Shown: one piece after another, positions 51,136 to 63,917 of the stretch
Layout: every line of letters begins with the position of its first letter
How positions within the stretch are numbered: the first letter of the stretch is position 1
NCBI GenBank assembly: GCA_002269645.1
Contig: NIVC01003369.1
Location: 1 to 64,000 of the forward strand
DNA length: 64,000 nt
DNA from: Macrostomum lignano
Lineage: Eukaryota
Direction of reading: 5' to 3'
Notes under the pieces: generated by a model
What the model saw: the letters and a program-made list of their open reading frames with translations, nothing else
What the model was told of the DNA's origin: nothing
The model's database searches: none
Translations under genes and position numbers: made by a program

Positions 51136-54100
51136 CAGCTTCCCAGTGAGCTCCGTCAGCACAGCTGACAGGCTGGCAGGCTGGAAGCCTGGCCTAGCAA
51201 CCAGGTACAGCTGGCAGGAGTCGCCACGCACGGCATAGCAGGCGCAGTCCTGCAGACTCCAGCCGAGCTGCATCTTGCGACGCGCCAGCAGTGGGGCGGC
51301 CACAGCATCCGCCGCCTGATCCTCGGAGAACTGCGGCGCGCTGTGGGCGATCAACCGCAACAGATGAGGCGCGGAGGCTGGGCGGATGGCGGACACGATG
51401 CAGCTGTTGGCGGCAGCGTCTCGGTAGCAGAGGCAGTCGATGTTGGGGTCCAGGTTCAGCTTGTCGGGCAGGCTGCGCTGAACACTGCCGAGTGCCTGCG
51501 GGAGTCAGTCAGTTGGTCATCTCAGTTGGCGCATGCACAGCCTGTTATGATCTTTGATTGGCTAAAGCTTCCCAGGCATAATATTCCCAGACAGTAACAT
51601 TCACATGAAACAATACCCCCTGGCTCACAACACAATGACACAACACCCACCTGACAAAGTACCACAGACGTACAGTAACACTCACCTGACCAAAAACCTG
51701 ACAACACCAACCAGACACAACACCTACCTGACACAAAACACCTGAAACAAATCCCACATGACACAAATCCCACATGACACAACACCCACCTGACACAAAA
51801 CCCACCTGACACAAATCCCACATGACACAAATCCCACCTGACACAAAACCCACCTGACACAAAACCCACCTGACACAACACCCATCTGACACAAAACCCA
51901 CCTGACACAACACCCATCTGACACAAATCCCACTTGACACAAAACCCACCTGACACAAAACCCATCTGACACAAAACCCACCTGACACAAAACCCACCTG
52001 ACACAACACCCATCTGACACAAAACTAACTTGACACAATACCCACCTGACACAACACCCACCTGACACAACACCACCTGACACAACACCCACCTGACACA
52101 ACACCCACCTGACACAACACCCACCTGACACAACACTCCGCTGACGGGAGTCCAGGCGGCCTCGGCGTGCCGCAGGATGTCAGTCAGCGTCGGCTGGCCG
52201 CCGCAGACGCACAGAGCACAGACGCCGGGCAGCAGGGTGACGCGCGGCCAGCCGGAACACCAGAGTCTTGCTCAGGCTGCCGATGTACACAGGCACGTCG
52301 GCGCTGCCGCCATCAGCCGCCGCCAGCGCCAGGTGGCCCAGCAGGATCTGCTCGGTGGCTGACAGGAGGCGCCACTGCTGGGAGGCGGCGGCCCGGCGCC
52401 CGGCAACCAGCAGGCAGCCGTACTGGCAGGTGAACTTGGCCAAGTAGGCGGCCAGCGCCCGGTCCAGGGCGGCCTCCTCCGAGGCCTGGCCGCAGCGCAA
52501 GATGCTGGGGCGCAGAGAAGCTCGGCTGGGCCGCAGGCGGCGGCCAGCTGCGGCAGCAGGGTGCGCAGCGGCTGCAGGCGCTTTGCGGCGCTAGCCTGTA
52601 TTATTCAAATTATTTGACTGTTTTGGAATGTTTAAAATTTTTGGGATGGGATAGGATGCAAAGGTCGAAAATTCCTTTCAGCTACCATCAGGCTCGCCCC
52701 GCTGACACCCTGTTTGACGCATCAGAAATTGCCTTTGGAGCCTCTGACACCCAGCCTGGCGCCTCTAACAGCCAATCTGGCGCCTCTGACACCCAATCTG
52801 GCGCCTCTGACACCCAATCTGGCGCCTGACACCCAGCCTGGCGCCTCTGACACCCAATCTGGCGCCTCTGACACCCAATCTGGCGCCTGACACCCAGCCT
52901 GGCGCCTCTGACACCCAATTAATCTGGCGCATCTGAAACCCAGTCTGGCGCCCTTGACACCAATTAATCTGGCGCATCTGACACCCAGTCTGGCGCCTTG
53001 ACACCCAATCTGGCGCCTCTGACACCAATCTGGCGCTCTGACACCCAGCCTGGCACTCTGATACCCAATCTGGCGCCTCTGACACCCAGCCTGGCACCTC
53101 TGATACCCAATCTGGCATCCCTAACAACACAATCTGGCGCCTGACACTCAGCTTGGCGCCTCTGACACCCAATCTGGCGCCTGACACCCAGCCTGGCTCC
53201 TCTGACACCCAATCTGGCGCCCTCGACACCCGATCTGGCGCCTCTGAAACCTGATCTGGCGCCCCTGACACCCAATCTGGCGCCTGACACCCAGCCTGGC
53301 GCCTCTGACACCCAATTAATCTGGCGCATCTAACACTCAATCTGGCACCTCTGACACCCAATCTGGCGCCCTCGACACCCAATCTGGCGCCCTCGACACC
53401 CGATCTGGCGCCTCTGAAACCTGATCTGGCGCCCCTGACACCCAATCTGGCGCCTGACACCCAGCCTGGCGCCTCTGACACCCAATTAATCTGGCGCATC
53501 TAACACTAAATCTGGCACCTCTGACACCCAGTCTGGCGCCTCTGACATTCAGTCTAGCGCCCTGACACCCGATCTGGCGCCTCTGACGCCAAATCTGGCG
53601 CCCCTGACACCCAGTCTGGCTTAGACAGTCAGTTAGTTAGCAGGGGGCTTTAGGCGCTACCGCAAATCAAGTGACAGTCACAGTCGACTTGCAGAAAGCA
53701 CACAGGTAAGCTAATTAGCTAAGCTAATTGAATTTAACATTTACTGATAAAGCCGGCCCACGCACCTGGGGTCCTCCTCTGAATGGAACATTCGCACCGC
53801 GCCGGCCAACAGAGCGGCCAGGCTGTCCAATTCCTGCAGGTGCTGCCGGCAGCCGCAGGCGACCAGGACGCAGCTGAGGCCGGGGTGGACCTCGAACCAG
53901 CGCGCCGAATCTGCGCCAGAGCTGGCGGCGCCAGTCGAGGTGGCCCGACGGAGGCGGCAGCGGCGCCTGTCGGCGAACACCTCGCTGGTGACGAGAGTTG
54001 CCAGGGTTGCCTGCGTGCGGAAATGACGCATATATGCTTACTTTTCCTGTTATCTTACTTACTTACTGACTTTAAGTAGTCCGCAGAGAATATTGTAACA

Positions 54101-54437
54101 ATGTTTTGTGTTGTGCCAGGATCAGTTTTTTCGACAGAGAAAGAAGATGCAGATGCAAGCAAGAGGACGCTAAGATAGACTAAGTCGAAAGGCAAATAAG
54201 AAAAACTTATAAGTGGAAATATCAAAGTTTGTCTATCGATCTCTCTATCGATTAAGGTTTTTCATGCACCGAGTTTTGCAATCCAGGCCCCACCTGCAGC
54301 AGCTCGGCGCGATCAGCTGACTGTTGCAGTGTCAATGGCTCCAGACTGTGGCTGCAGCGGCACCCAACAGTTCCATTGTCCCAGGTGAACACTGGGCCAG
54401 CAGCCTCCTGAGACCAGATGCAGATTATTAGTCTGCC
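51127..54437 (-). CDS. FUZ: Fuzzy planar cell polarity / CPLANE longin protein; exons complement(54294..54437, 53766..54010, 52146..52590, 51127..51495); apparent -1 and +1 indels in exon 3; no genomic start found
   Basis: GCLLVAGRRAAASQQWRLLSATEQILL...ADVPVYI...FRL..VTLLPGVCALCVCG matches recalled FUZ SLVVSGRVVAATEGWWRL...RDYPVYL...HRLLTLTLLPSLELCLLCG. Exons sum to 1203 nt. Confidence 0.8.
51625..52137. repeat. ~17-bp minisatellite in the last Fuzzy intron (CACCTGACACAAAACCC)
   Basis: Directly visible. Confidence 0.95.
52740..53620. repeat. ~20-21-bp minisatellite in a Fuzzy intron (CTGACACCCAATCTGGCGCCT)
   Basis: Directly visible, with higher-order blocks. Confidence 0.96.
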
Positions 54438-57184
54438 CTGTTGCAGAGCCTGGAATTTGAGGAATTTGCAAGGTTACAAAGATTGAAGCTGTGAGTACTC
54501 CAAATACACAAGATAATCTTTTGGCATATATAATATCAAATCAAAATGGTATGCACCAAACATGGTGGAAATCTGTAATAAGGCAACATGACCACACAAA
54601 AAATAACTGTAAAGTATAAATTCGAACCAGAACCATAAAATATAGACTAGCCTAAAATTAACAAACAAAAGTAAGCTTTGAGTTTTCAGTTCCTTCTATA
54701 AATAGACCATTTGAAAATCTATAATTCTATTAAATCTATAATTATAAAACATAAACTATAATAAGTAAATAGTGCAGTACACATCTTTTTATGCAGCTAG
54801 AATGAAATACACTCAATGTACCTTATTAACTGCACGAAAGTTGTTAAATTTATTACTTTTAAGTTTTAGACAAGCCTTACATGCTAGGAGTTGTGCAAAT
54901 ATAGTAGGGAAGCTAACCCTGCTAAACGTTTTTAGCAAAAAAATTAGCGGCTTAAAGTAAAATAATATCTAACTGGATAGCTTTTAACGTTGTAACAAAA
55001 CTATATAATATGGAAATATGCTAAGCCAAGGCCAAGCAAGCAAGCAATTAAAAGCAAATAATAATATAGAGTCAAACTTGAGATTTTTGATCACACGATA
55101 GCTCAAAATTGAAGTAATAAGGTCAGTAGTTACTTCAAAGATTTAGTTTACACACAGACAGCCAGTGCAATTACTTATAGTTCTTGCAAGCCGCACGGCA
55201 CCGCCTAGCGCTTAAAAGTCTACATGACCGGATTCCGATAATTCTTAATTACAGAATATGTTAAAAAGAAGCATCTAAAATAAGAAAAAAACTTTAGAAG
55301 AAAAAAATTAAGAATTATTCAAATCGCAAAAAAGTACTGAAGTGTTAGTTGCAGCATAAAACAATAAAAATTTCCTCAAAGCACATAAAAAGTCGTTACA
55401 TTGTTATGTTAAGTAACAAAACTTTAAATTATAACATTCTTGGAAATGACAAATATTTATAAATAAAAAATTTTTATTATTACACTTAGTGATACGAAGA
55501 GTTGCCTAAATCTATATAACATTACATGAAAAACTTCACTGACAAATAGTATACATTTCTTATAATCTAATAGAAAATTACAAAAATGAAGACAAGAACC
55601 TTTTTTATGTTATTGAATCGACCCAGGTGGTTGATGTGTTTGTGGTCCGTAGATCACATTCTATACTAACTAACAACGTTTTTACTTTTATTTTTTGCGC
55701 GACCTTTTTAAAGCTCTTGAAGGGTAATGATTGGGTTCACCAGTTCACCCTCCAAAAAATATAACAAAAAGCTGCTCTCCTAAAGGGCTAGAGGGCACGC
55801 ACAAGTTTAAAATTATAGGCGCTAGTATAACGTTTCGTGCTCTATAAAAAATAAACATTTTTTCAGTTTTTCAGTCTGAATTTTTTAGAACTTTTTGCTA
55901 TGTAGTTTGTTGCATTTATTGGTAGAAGTTGTAAACTGCTAGGTTTTTTAGACCTATTCTATTGCTATATTTCTTGATTTGATTCACAAATTTTGAACTC
56001 ACATTTAATTTAAGTACTTCTGAAAGCAGATTAAATAAAGACAAAGTACTGTACTATACTATAATTTATAAACCAATAAAATTGAATACTATAATATTTT
56101 ATTCTAAAACAAAAAGATATAGATAGTAGACTAAAATGCCTATGAAGAATATATGATTATTTTATTTTAATAATATAAATAGCCTAGCATTTTTATTGAG
56201 TCTATTTAGCATAGTTTTGAATTTTAGCTTTGGTGATGACTCATTTACTTTTATGTTATGAATATAAAAAAATCTGGCATATTATTAGTGGTTAGATAAT
56301 AGCAATAATACTGTAGAAGTGCTATAATTAGTATAATATTATAATAGTATATCAATTATGACTAATAAATAGAAAATTCCAATTGATAGCTAATATCAAT
56401 TAGTAAAATGCACCTAAAATTTCAATTTGTGGGAGGTTTGTATCTATTAGGCATGTCTATATGGGTTTTTTAAAGCTTTAATCTTGTTGCATATATAAAA
56501 GTATTGAGTCATGAGTCTGATACTCTAAACACTAGACTATGATGTGTTCCTTATTACTAAGACCTTTCTCAGTAATCAAAGAACAATCACTTCTAGCTAC
56601 TGCTAGGCAACCCAGTAATCAACTGAAGGTAGTTATTACCTTGAATCCGGATTAGTTCTTCTTGAGATGAGTAGATCTCGACTGCAAGTAGTCTCTATAG
56701 ATCAGGCACCTTACTTCTTTGTAGTTCTGGTCCTTTGCACTTTTACTTCCGCTGGAGTGTCTCCGGCCAGTATCTGTTGTTCGGACCAATCAGAAGCTTC
56801 AAATTAACAATGGGATCCCTGCGCCAAACTGCGGTTTCAAATAAGCCTTCTCCTTCTAGCAGTGCCTCAATGTACTCTAGGTATAGCTCTGGTAATCACT
56901 GATAGTCTTCTAAGATCTATCAGGGTAGTCCTTCTGGAGACTATAACCAATGAAGTCTCAATAGACTCAAGAGTCTCAACAGACTCAATCTCAACAACAA
57001 TAATGAGTCGACTCAGACAATGGGCGCAAATGAGTAAGGCTTACCACAAGAACTCGACCAAGTCTCGATTAACTTAGTCTTCAGGAAGTCCTCCTAAGGC
57101 TTCCTCTTTGGAGCATCTCCTTCAGGAGGTTCGGTTGTTGGCTCTGGGTCTGTTTTGGACCACTTGTATTTATAGGCAATTTTG

Positions 57185-57365
57185 CAAACCATAAATAGCA
57201 ACATGACTCGGGTGTTGCCCTATAAAGGGTAACATGACTCATTTTTGTGCTATAATTAGTAACGATAGATAATAGATTCTGGGTTATAAATTATCATGAT
57301 TCATTCCTTACTATAAGTAGTATCATGACTCATTCATTTGCTATAAATAGTAACATGATTCAGGG
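57185..57365. repeat. Degenerate tandem repeat (CTATAAATAGTAACATGACTCA) between divergent Fuzzy and kish
   Basis: About 5 diverged copies; resembles the reverse complement of the ADSL intron-1 repeat. Confidence 0.7.
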
Positions 57366-57740
57366 TTTCAATACACATGTGTGCACTAGTCTACTTACAG
57401 TAGCATTCTATGATTAAACTTTTACATTAACAATTTTTATGCCTTTTTGTGGGCGGTAGAACACTACAACTACAACCCCTTAGGTTGCCAATAGAGTTCC
57501 AATAAATAATCTCTATTAGATATTTTGTTGACTAGCAGGCAAAACAGGCTAAACTGCCTGATAAGCCTAAGTTAGTACTAATTATTTATGGTTAGTAGCA
57601 CTAATTAGGTGACGAGGCATTGACGAAGTGTTACTCCTGCCGTTTACCAACTTTATCGCAATTTAGTGGGATAAAACACATTACCCGGGCTTAGTTATTC
57701 TGCAATCGCCAATGTGATTGCAAATCGCCTTCCAGCAGAC

Positions 57741-57965
57741 ATGACAAACGCCTACAGCTTTGATGGCGCCCTGGTGATGTCGCTGCTGTTTGTTTGCACC
57801 TGCGCCTACCTGCGCCGGGTACCCCGCCTGCGGCAGTGGTGCTTCTCAGAGAAGTCGGGCCTGTGGGGCGTCCTGTACAAGGGGGCGGTGATCGGAGTCC
57901 GGCTGCACATTGTCGTGGCCATCGCCTGCACTGTGATGGCATTCTACGTGCTGTTTGTGCGATGA
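57741..57965 (+). CDS. TMEM167B: Protein kish-B (74 aa)
   Basis: [23 protein letters not shown]...[17 protein letters not shown]...MAFYVLFVR is nearly collinear with recalled TMEM167B. Confidence 0.95.
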   Translation: MTNAYSFDGALVMSLLFVCTCAYLRRVPRLRQWCFSEKSGLWGVLYKGAVIGVRLHIVVAIACTVMAFYVLFVR

Positions 57966-58234
57966 GCTCACCTCTGAACTCGCCTTCCCAGTTGCCATCG
58001 AATCCCCGAATCTTTATTCAATTCTGCTTCAATCCGTGCCCTCTCTGCTGGTGGTTTTGGTGATTGCACTTGAGAGTCTCTGTGTATTTCAATTATAGAA
58101 TAGAAACTGATCTAGTGATCTTAACTCCTGTCCTGCTTAAAGACCCATTGTATTGAGAAGTTACTGACTGCTTGTGTCTCTCTTCTTTTCATGAAATTCT
58201 CCCAATTTTTACTGCTCCACTTTATTCACCCACT

Positions 58235-58950
58235 CTCCTTAACCTACTCTCATTCACCCGCCATCTCATTCACCCACTCTCATTCGCCCACTCTCTCATT
58301 CGCCCACTCTCTCATTCGCCCACTCTCTCATTCGCCCACTCTCATTCACCCTTTCTCTCCTTAAACTACTCTCATTCACACGCCATATCATTCACCCACT
58401 CTCTCATTCACCCACTCTCATTCACCCACTCTCATTCACCCACTCTCTCATTCGCCCACTCTCTCTCTAACCTACTCTCCTTAACCTACTCTCTCTCTAA
58501 CCTACTCTCCTTAACCTACTCTCATTCACCCACTCTCATTCACCCACTCTCATTCACCCACTCTCATTCACCCACTCTCATTCACCCACTCTCATTCACC
58601 CACTCTCTCATTCGCCCACTCTCTCTCTCTAACCTACTCTCTCCTTAACCTACCCTCCTTAACCTACTCTCATTCACCCACTCTCTCATTCGCCCACTCT
58701 CTCTCTCTCTCTAACCTACTCTCTTCTTAACCTACTCTCTCCTTAACATAGTCTCTCCTTAACCTACTCTCATTCACACACCATCTCATTCACCCACTCT
58801 CATTCACCCACTCTCATTCGCCCACTCTCTCATTCGCCCACTCTCCTATTCACCCAATCTCTCATTACACTCTCTCATTCTACTCTCTCATTCACCCACT
58901 CTCTCATTAATACTCTCATTCACACCATACCATTCACTCACACTCATTAA
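58235..58950. repeat. C/T-rich minisatellite (CACCCACTCTCATT and variants)
   Basis: Directly visible. Confidence 0.93.
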
Positions 58951-59619
58951 ACCGATCTCTCATTCATTCTCTTCCAATACTTGCTAAATTGACAGAAGTC
59001 TCTCAAGAGTCCATCCTCATTACTATTTGAAATGTTCATTGACAAGCTCCAAGATTCGGCAGTTGACCCCGCCAGCCGAATGCTGCATCACCCCCCCCCC
59101 ACAGTGCCAAATAAACTCCCCCAACATCTCTGACTGTCATACCTGCTGGATATGATACTTGAGATGTTTCAAAGTTTACAAATAGTATGCACAGCCTATC
59201 TCAGTAACAGTCCCATTGCAGTGCTGCCCTGTGCCACCTTGTTGAGCAGAATCATTTATTACCTGTAAATATTGGCAAACGAACAACTGGATCGAGGCGT
59301 CACAAATGCTTAAAGCTTTACGCGTTTTCTGTTACTATTAGTAGTTAAATTGGTTTCCTCGTTAACTTTTTTATTCGGAAAACTGCTATCTATATTTAGT
59401 TGCCTCGGTGTTTTGACTGCAGTTCTTTTGGATTAGTGGCGACTTTACTGCACTTGCTTGCGTACTCAGAAAGCTGAAAGAATTGCTATCAGCATATCAC
59501 AATAGGAAGAGTTCTCATGGAAATATAACTGATCTGTATAGTTGATTGCTTGCTCAGACAAATTCATAGCCTCCGTTATTTTCTGCAATTTGAGTTTTTA
59601 ATAGCCCTGTCAGAGCTCT

Positions 59620-59805
59620 CTGTGTATGTCTCTGTTTGTGTGTCTGTCTGCCTGTCTGTCTGTCTGTCTGTCTGTCTGACTGTCTGCTTGTCTGTCTGCC
59701 TGTCTTGCCTGTCTGTCTGTCTACCTGCCTGCCTGTCTGTCTGTCTGTCTGTCAGTGTCTGTCTTTCTTTCTGTCTGTCTGTCTGTCTGCCTGCCTGCCT
59801 GTCTT

Positions 59806-59852
<47 letters not shown>
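59620..59852. repeat. (GTCT)n microsatellite
   Basis: Directly visible. Confidence 0.96.
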
Positions 59853-60032
59853 TAGTGCCTGCCCTAATTTGCTATCTGTTGATGTTTCAGTCTCTGTCAG
59901 CGCTAAATCTTCCAAACTTTATTGTTGAGCTGCAGTATAAAAACTAATCCAGCTAGTAATGAGTGGCAGTTATTATACAGTTAAACATTTTTATCGCTGC
60001 CGGTGACGGCAGATCAAAGCCAGCTGCCAGCC

Positions 60033-62333
60033 ATGCCGCCACCCAGCGAGCTCCGCCTGTCCCTCTCAATCGCCTCGCACGCGGTCGCCCTGCTGTGCGT
60101 GGCGGCGCCTTCGATCGCGCTGCACTCGGGCGTCGGCCGTTCCGCCGCGAATTCTTCTGCACAGACGAGTCCATCGCCTACCCCTACAGAAAGGACACTG
60201 TGCCATTTGCACCGGCTGTCGGCGGCGGAATCGCTGTTGCCGTGGCAACCATCCTGGTGGTGGAGGCGCTGCGGCTGCTGTGCGACCAGCCGGCCGCGCG
60301 GGGGCAGCTGACGGATTGCCTGCAGCGGTGCCTGTCGGAGCGGTCGGCCGGCTTCGTGTCGGCGCTGCTGCGGGCCCTGTACGCCGGCGTGTTCGGCCTG
60401 CTGTGCACCGAGCTGGTCACCGTGGCCGGCAAGCTGGGCTTCGGCCGGCAGCGGCCGCATTTCCTGGCCGTCTGCCAGCTGCTCAACGCCAGCGCCTGCC
60501 GTCCTGGCCTGCTGCTCAGCCCGCTGGAGGCCTGCAGAGCGGCCACTGTGGCGCCCAAGGCGCTGGACGAGGCCAGCATGTCCTTCCCCAGCGGCCACTC
60601 CTCCTTCAGCATGTTCGTGGCCGTCTTCCTGGCGCTGTACCTGCAGGCTCGGCTGGGCTTCCGGCATCCAATGCATCCTGTGAAGAATGTCTGCCAGCTG
60701 GCCCTGCTGGCGCTGGCCGGGTGAGTGCTGCCGCGCAGTTCGGATCTTCTGCTGCTGGGTCATCTTCCCTCAGTTGCTAGGCAAACCTCCCAGATCCCTC
60801 AGTTGCTAGGCAAGCCTCCCAGATCCCTCAGTTTCTAGGCAAGCCTCCCATATCCCTCAGTTGCTAGGCAAGCCTCCCAGATCCTCAGTTGCTGGGCCAG
60901 CCTCCCAGATCCCCAGTTGCTGGGCCAGCTTCCTAGATCCCCAGTTGCTGGGCCAGCCTCCTAGATCCCCAGTTGCTGGGCCAGCCTCCCAGAGTGTCAG
61001 TTGCTGGGCCAGCCTCCCAGATCCTCAGTTGCTAAGCCAACCTCCCAGATCCTCAGTTGCTGGGGCAACCTCCCAGATCCTAAGTTGCTGGGCCAGCCTC
61101 CCAGATCCCTAGTTGCTGGGGCAACCTCCCAGATCCTCAGTTGCTGAGCCAGCCTCCCAGAGTGTCAGTTGCTAGGCAAGCCTCCCAGATCCTCAGTTGC
61201 TGGGCCAGCCTCCCAGATCCCCAGTTGCTGGGCCAGCCTCCCAAATCCTCAGTTGCTGGGCCAGCCTCCCAGATCCCTAGTTGCTGGGGCAACCTCCCAG
61301 ATCCTCAGTTGCTGAGCCAGCCTCCCAGAGTGTCAGTTGCTAGGCAAGCCTCCCAGATCCTCAGTTGCTGAGCCAGCCTCCTAGATCCTCAGTTGCTGAG
61401 CCAACCTCCCAGATCCTCAGTTGCTGGGGCAACCTCCCAGATCCTCAGTTGCTGAGCCAGCCTCCCAGATCCTCAGTTGCTGGGCCAGCCTCCCAGATCC
61501 CTAGTTGCTGGGGCAACCTCCCAGATCCTCAGTTGCTGAGCCAGCCTTCCCGAGTGTCAGTTGCTGGGCAAGCCTCCCAGATCCCCAGTTGCTGGGCCAG
61601 CCTCCCAGATCCTCAGTTGCTGGGCCAGCCTCCCAGATCCTCAGTTGCTGAGCCAGCCTTCCCGAGTGTCAGTTGCTGGGCCAGCCTCCCAGATCCCCAG
61701 TTGCTAGGCAAGCCTCCCAGATCCCCAGTTTCTGGGCCAGCCTCCCAGATCCTCAGTTGCTGGGCCAGCCTCCTAGATCCTCAGTTGCTGAGCCAACCTC
61801 CCAGATCCTTAGTTGCTGGGGCAACCTCCCAGATCCTCAGTTGCTGAGCCAGCCTCCCAGATCCTCAGTTGCTGGGCCAGCCTCCCAGATCCCTAGTTGC
61901 TGGGGCAACCTCCCAGATCCTCAGTTGCTGAGCCAGCCTTCCCGAGTGTCAGTTGCTGGGCCAGCCTCCCAGATCCCCTGTTGCTGGGCAATCCCGAGAT
62001 CTCAAAGATTAGTCGCCAGCACCCCAGGTGGCAGCACTGAGCAGTTGGCCTGATTCCCCCGTCTCACCCGCTCGCAGCTTCGTGTGCGGCAGTCGCGTGT
62101 CTGACTATCACCACCACTGGAGCGACGTGCTGGCCGGCGCCTCCATCGGCGCCCTGTTCGGCTTCCTGATGTCGCTGAACTTCGCCGTCGGCCTGTCAAT
62201 TTATCGGCCGCTGCGGCTGGTCGACTGCGACGGAGTCGGCGGCGGCGCCAGCTACGAGCTGGTGGGCTCGGCCGACATTTCAAAGGCGGGCGACGACCCC
62301 TCCGCCGCCGCTGACGCTGACGCCCTGCCCTGA
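60033..62333 (+). CDS. PLPP-like: PAP2-family phospholipid phosphatase (PLPP/wunen-like); exons 60033..60720, 62078..62333; apparent 1-nt deletion near 60137
   Basis: PFRREFFCTDESIAYPY; C1 KLGFGRQRP; C2 SFPSGHSS; C3 SRVSDYHHHWSDVLAG. Exons total 944 nt, one short of a multiple of 3. Confidence 0.9.
60770..61990. repeat. 28-bp minisatellite filling the PLPP intron (same family as 26645-27282)
   Basis: Directly visible. Confidence 0.97.
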
Positions 62334-63014
62334 AGTCCCTTTTTTACGATTTTGCGATAAGTTTTGGTACGACATGTTCATTAGCTGCTACTTACTAGTT
62401 TTATTTCGTAGTATTGGCTGTGTAATTTTTATCCGCAAAGTTTTAAATCGCGATTTCTTAACATATTTTCACGGATGCGTTTTTACTAAACCTTTTACCC
62501 TCTTGTTCTAACAAAGGCTAAACAACATTTCAGCCCTGTTTGTTATCTGGTTTGACCTTCATTTGTGCCTTAATTCCATGAAATCAATCTCTCTTTGAGG
62601 ACTGTTCTCTAACCCCAATATTTTAGACAGGTGTCCAGCTGTTCGAACAATTATTAAAGCTCAAGTATACACCGTTTTAATCATATTTTTCTGATAAATT
62701 AGCTCTAAACAATGTGCTGTTGCTTTGTTTAGTCCTTCATTTCTTGCTAGGAACTTTGTGCCCTAAATTGCAGGTAGGTTGAGACTTGTCAAATAGCGTT
62801 AACCTCAGTGCTTGGCTCGGCTTGTGTTGTTTATAGTGCTTTGCGGACTCCATTATGGCTGCTAAGGCTGGATTACTGCGCTAATGGACCCTTCGTGCTA
62901 GAATTAGCTGGTGTTAATAGCGTGAGCCGCCATCCAGTGATTGGCATGGACAGCTTTGTCCTGCCTTGCCTTTGAGATTTAATGAATGCCCATGAGTATC
63001 CAGCTGCCATAGAA

Positions 63015-63610
63015 TCTCTCCCTGAGAGTCCTACTCCGGAATCTCCCCCTATGAGAGTCCTACTCCAGAATCTCTCTCTATGAAAGTCCTACTCCAGAAT
63101 CTCCCTATGAGAGTCCTACTCCAGAATCTCTCCCTATGAGAGTCCTACTCCAGAATCTCTCCCTATGAGAGTCCTAATCCGGAATCTCCCTATGAGAGTC
63201 CTAATCCGGAATCTCCCTATGAGAGTCCTACTCCGGAATCTTCCTATGAGAGTCCTACTCCGGAATCTTCCTATGAGAGTCCTACTCCGGAATCTCCCCC
63301 TATGAGAGTCCTACTCCGGAATCTTCCTATGAGAGTCCTACTCCGGAATCTTCCTATGAGAGTCCTACTCCGGAATCTCCCCCTATGAGAGTCCTACTCC
63401 GGAATCTCCCCCTATGAGAGTCCTACTCCGGAATCTTCCTATTAGAGTCCTAATCCGGAATCTCCCTATGAGAGTCCTACTCCGGAATCTCCCCCTATTA
63501 GAGTCCTAATCCGGAATCTCCCTATGAGAGTCCTACTCCAGAATCTCTCCCTATGAGAGTCCTACTCCAGAATCTCTCCCTACGAGAGTCCAGCTGCTCC
63601 AGAATCTCTC
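63015..63610. repeat. 27-29-bp minisatellite (GAGAGTCCTACTCCGGAATCTCCCCTAT)
   Basis: Directly visible. Confidence 0.96.
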
Positions 63611-63917
63611 CCTGACAGTCTAGCCGCTATTTAGAAATCCCAGAGAGTCTGTCTTTCCGGGCTGTTTTGGAGTCTCCTATCCTCCACAACGTCGGGATCC
63701 AATGTATTTGATAATTGCATTTCTGGGACCAGCAGGGCAGTCCTCTGTCAAACTTATCTATTTATGATTGGTCCAATGAAGCTCTGGATTGCGATATCCA
63801 ATAGAGCTCAGGCCATCGCAACAGTTTATACTCAGGCTACGCTTTGAGTTTATGGAGTGCGGGAGGTTGAAACTAGCGGTGCGAGCTGTGGCCGCGGTTA
63901 GAATTTTATTTATAGCA

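Noticed and set aside
56640-56760. Candidate first coding exon of Fuzzy
   Set aside because: No ATG, and its splice phases give stops when joined to the 54437 exon.
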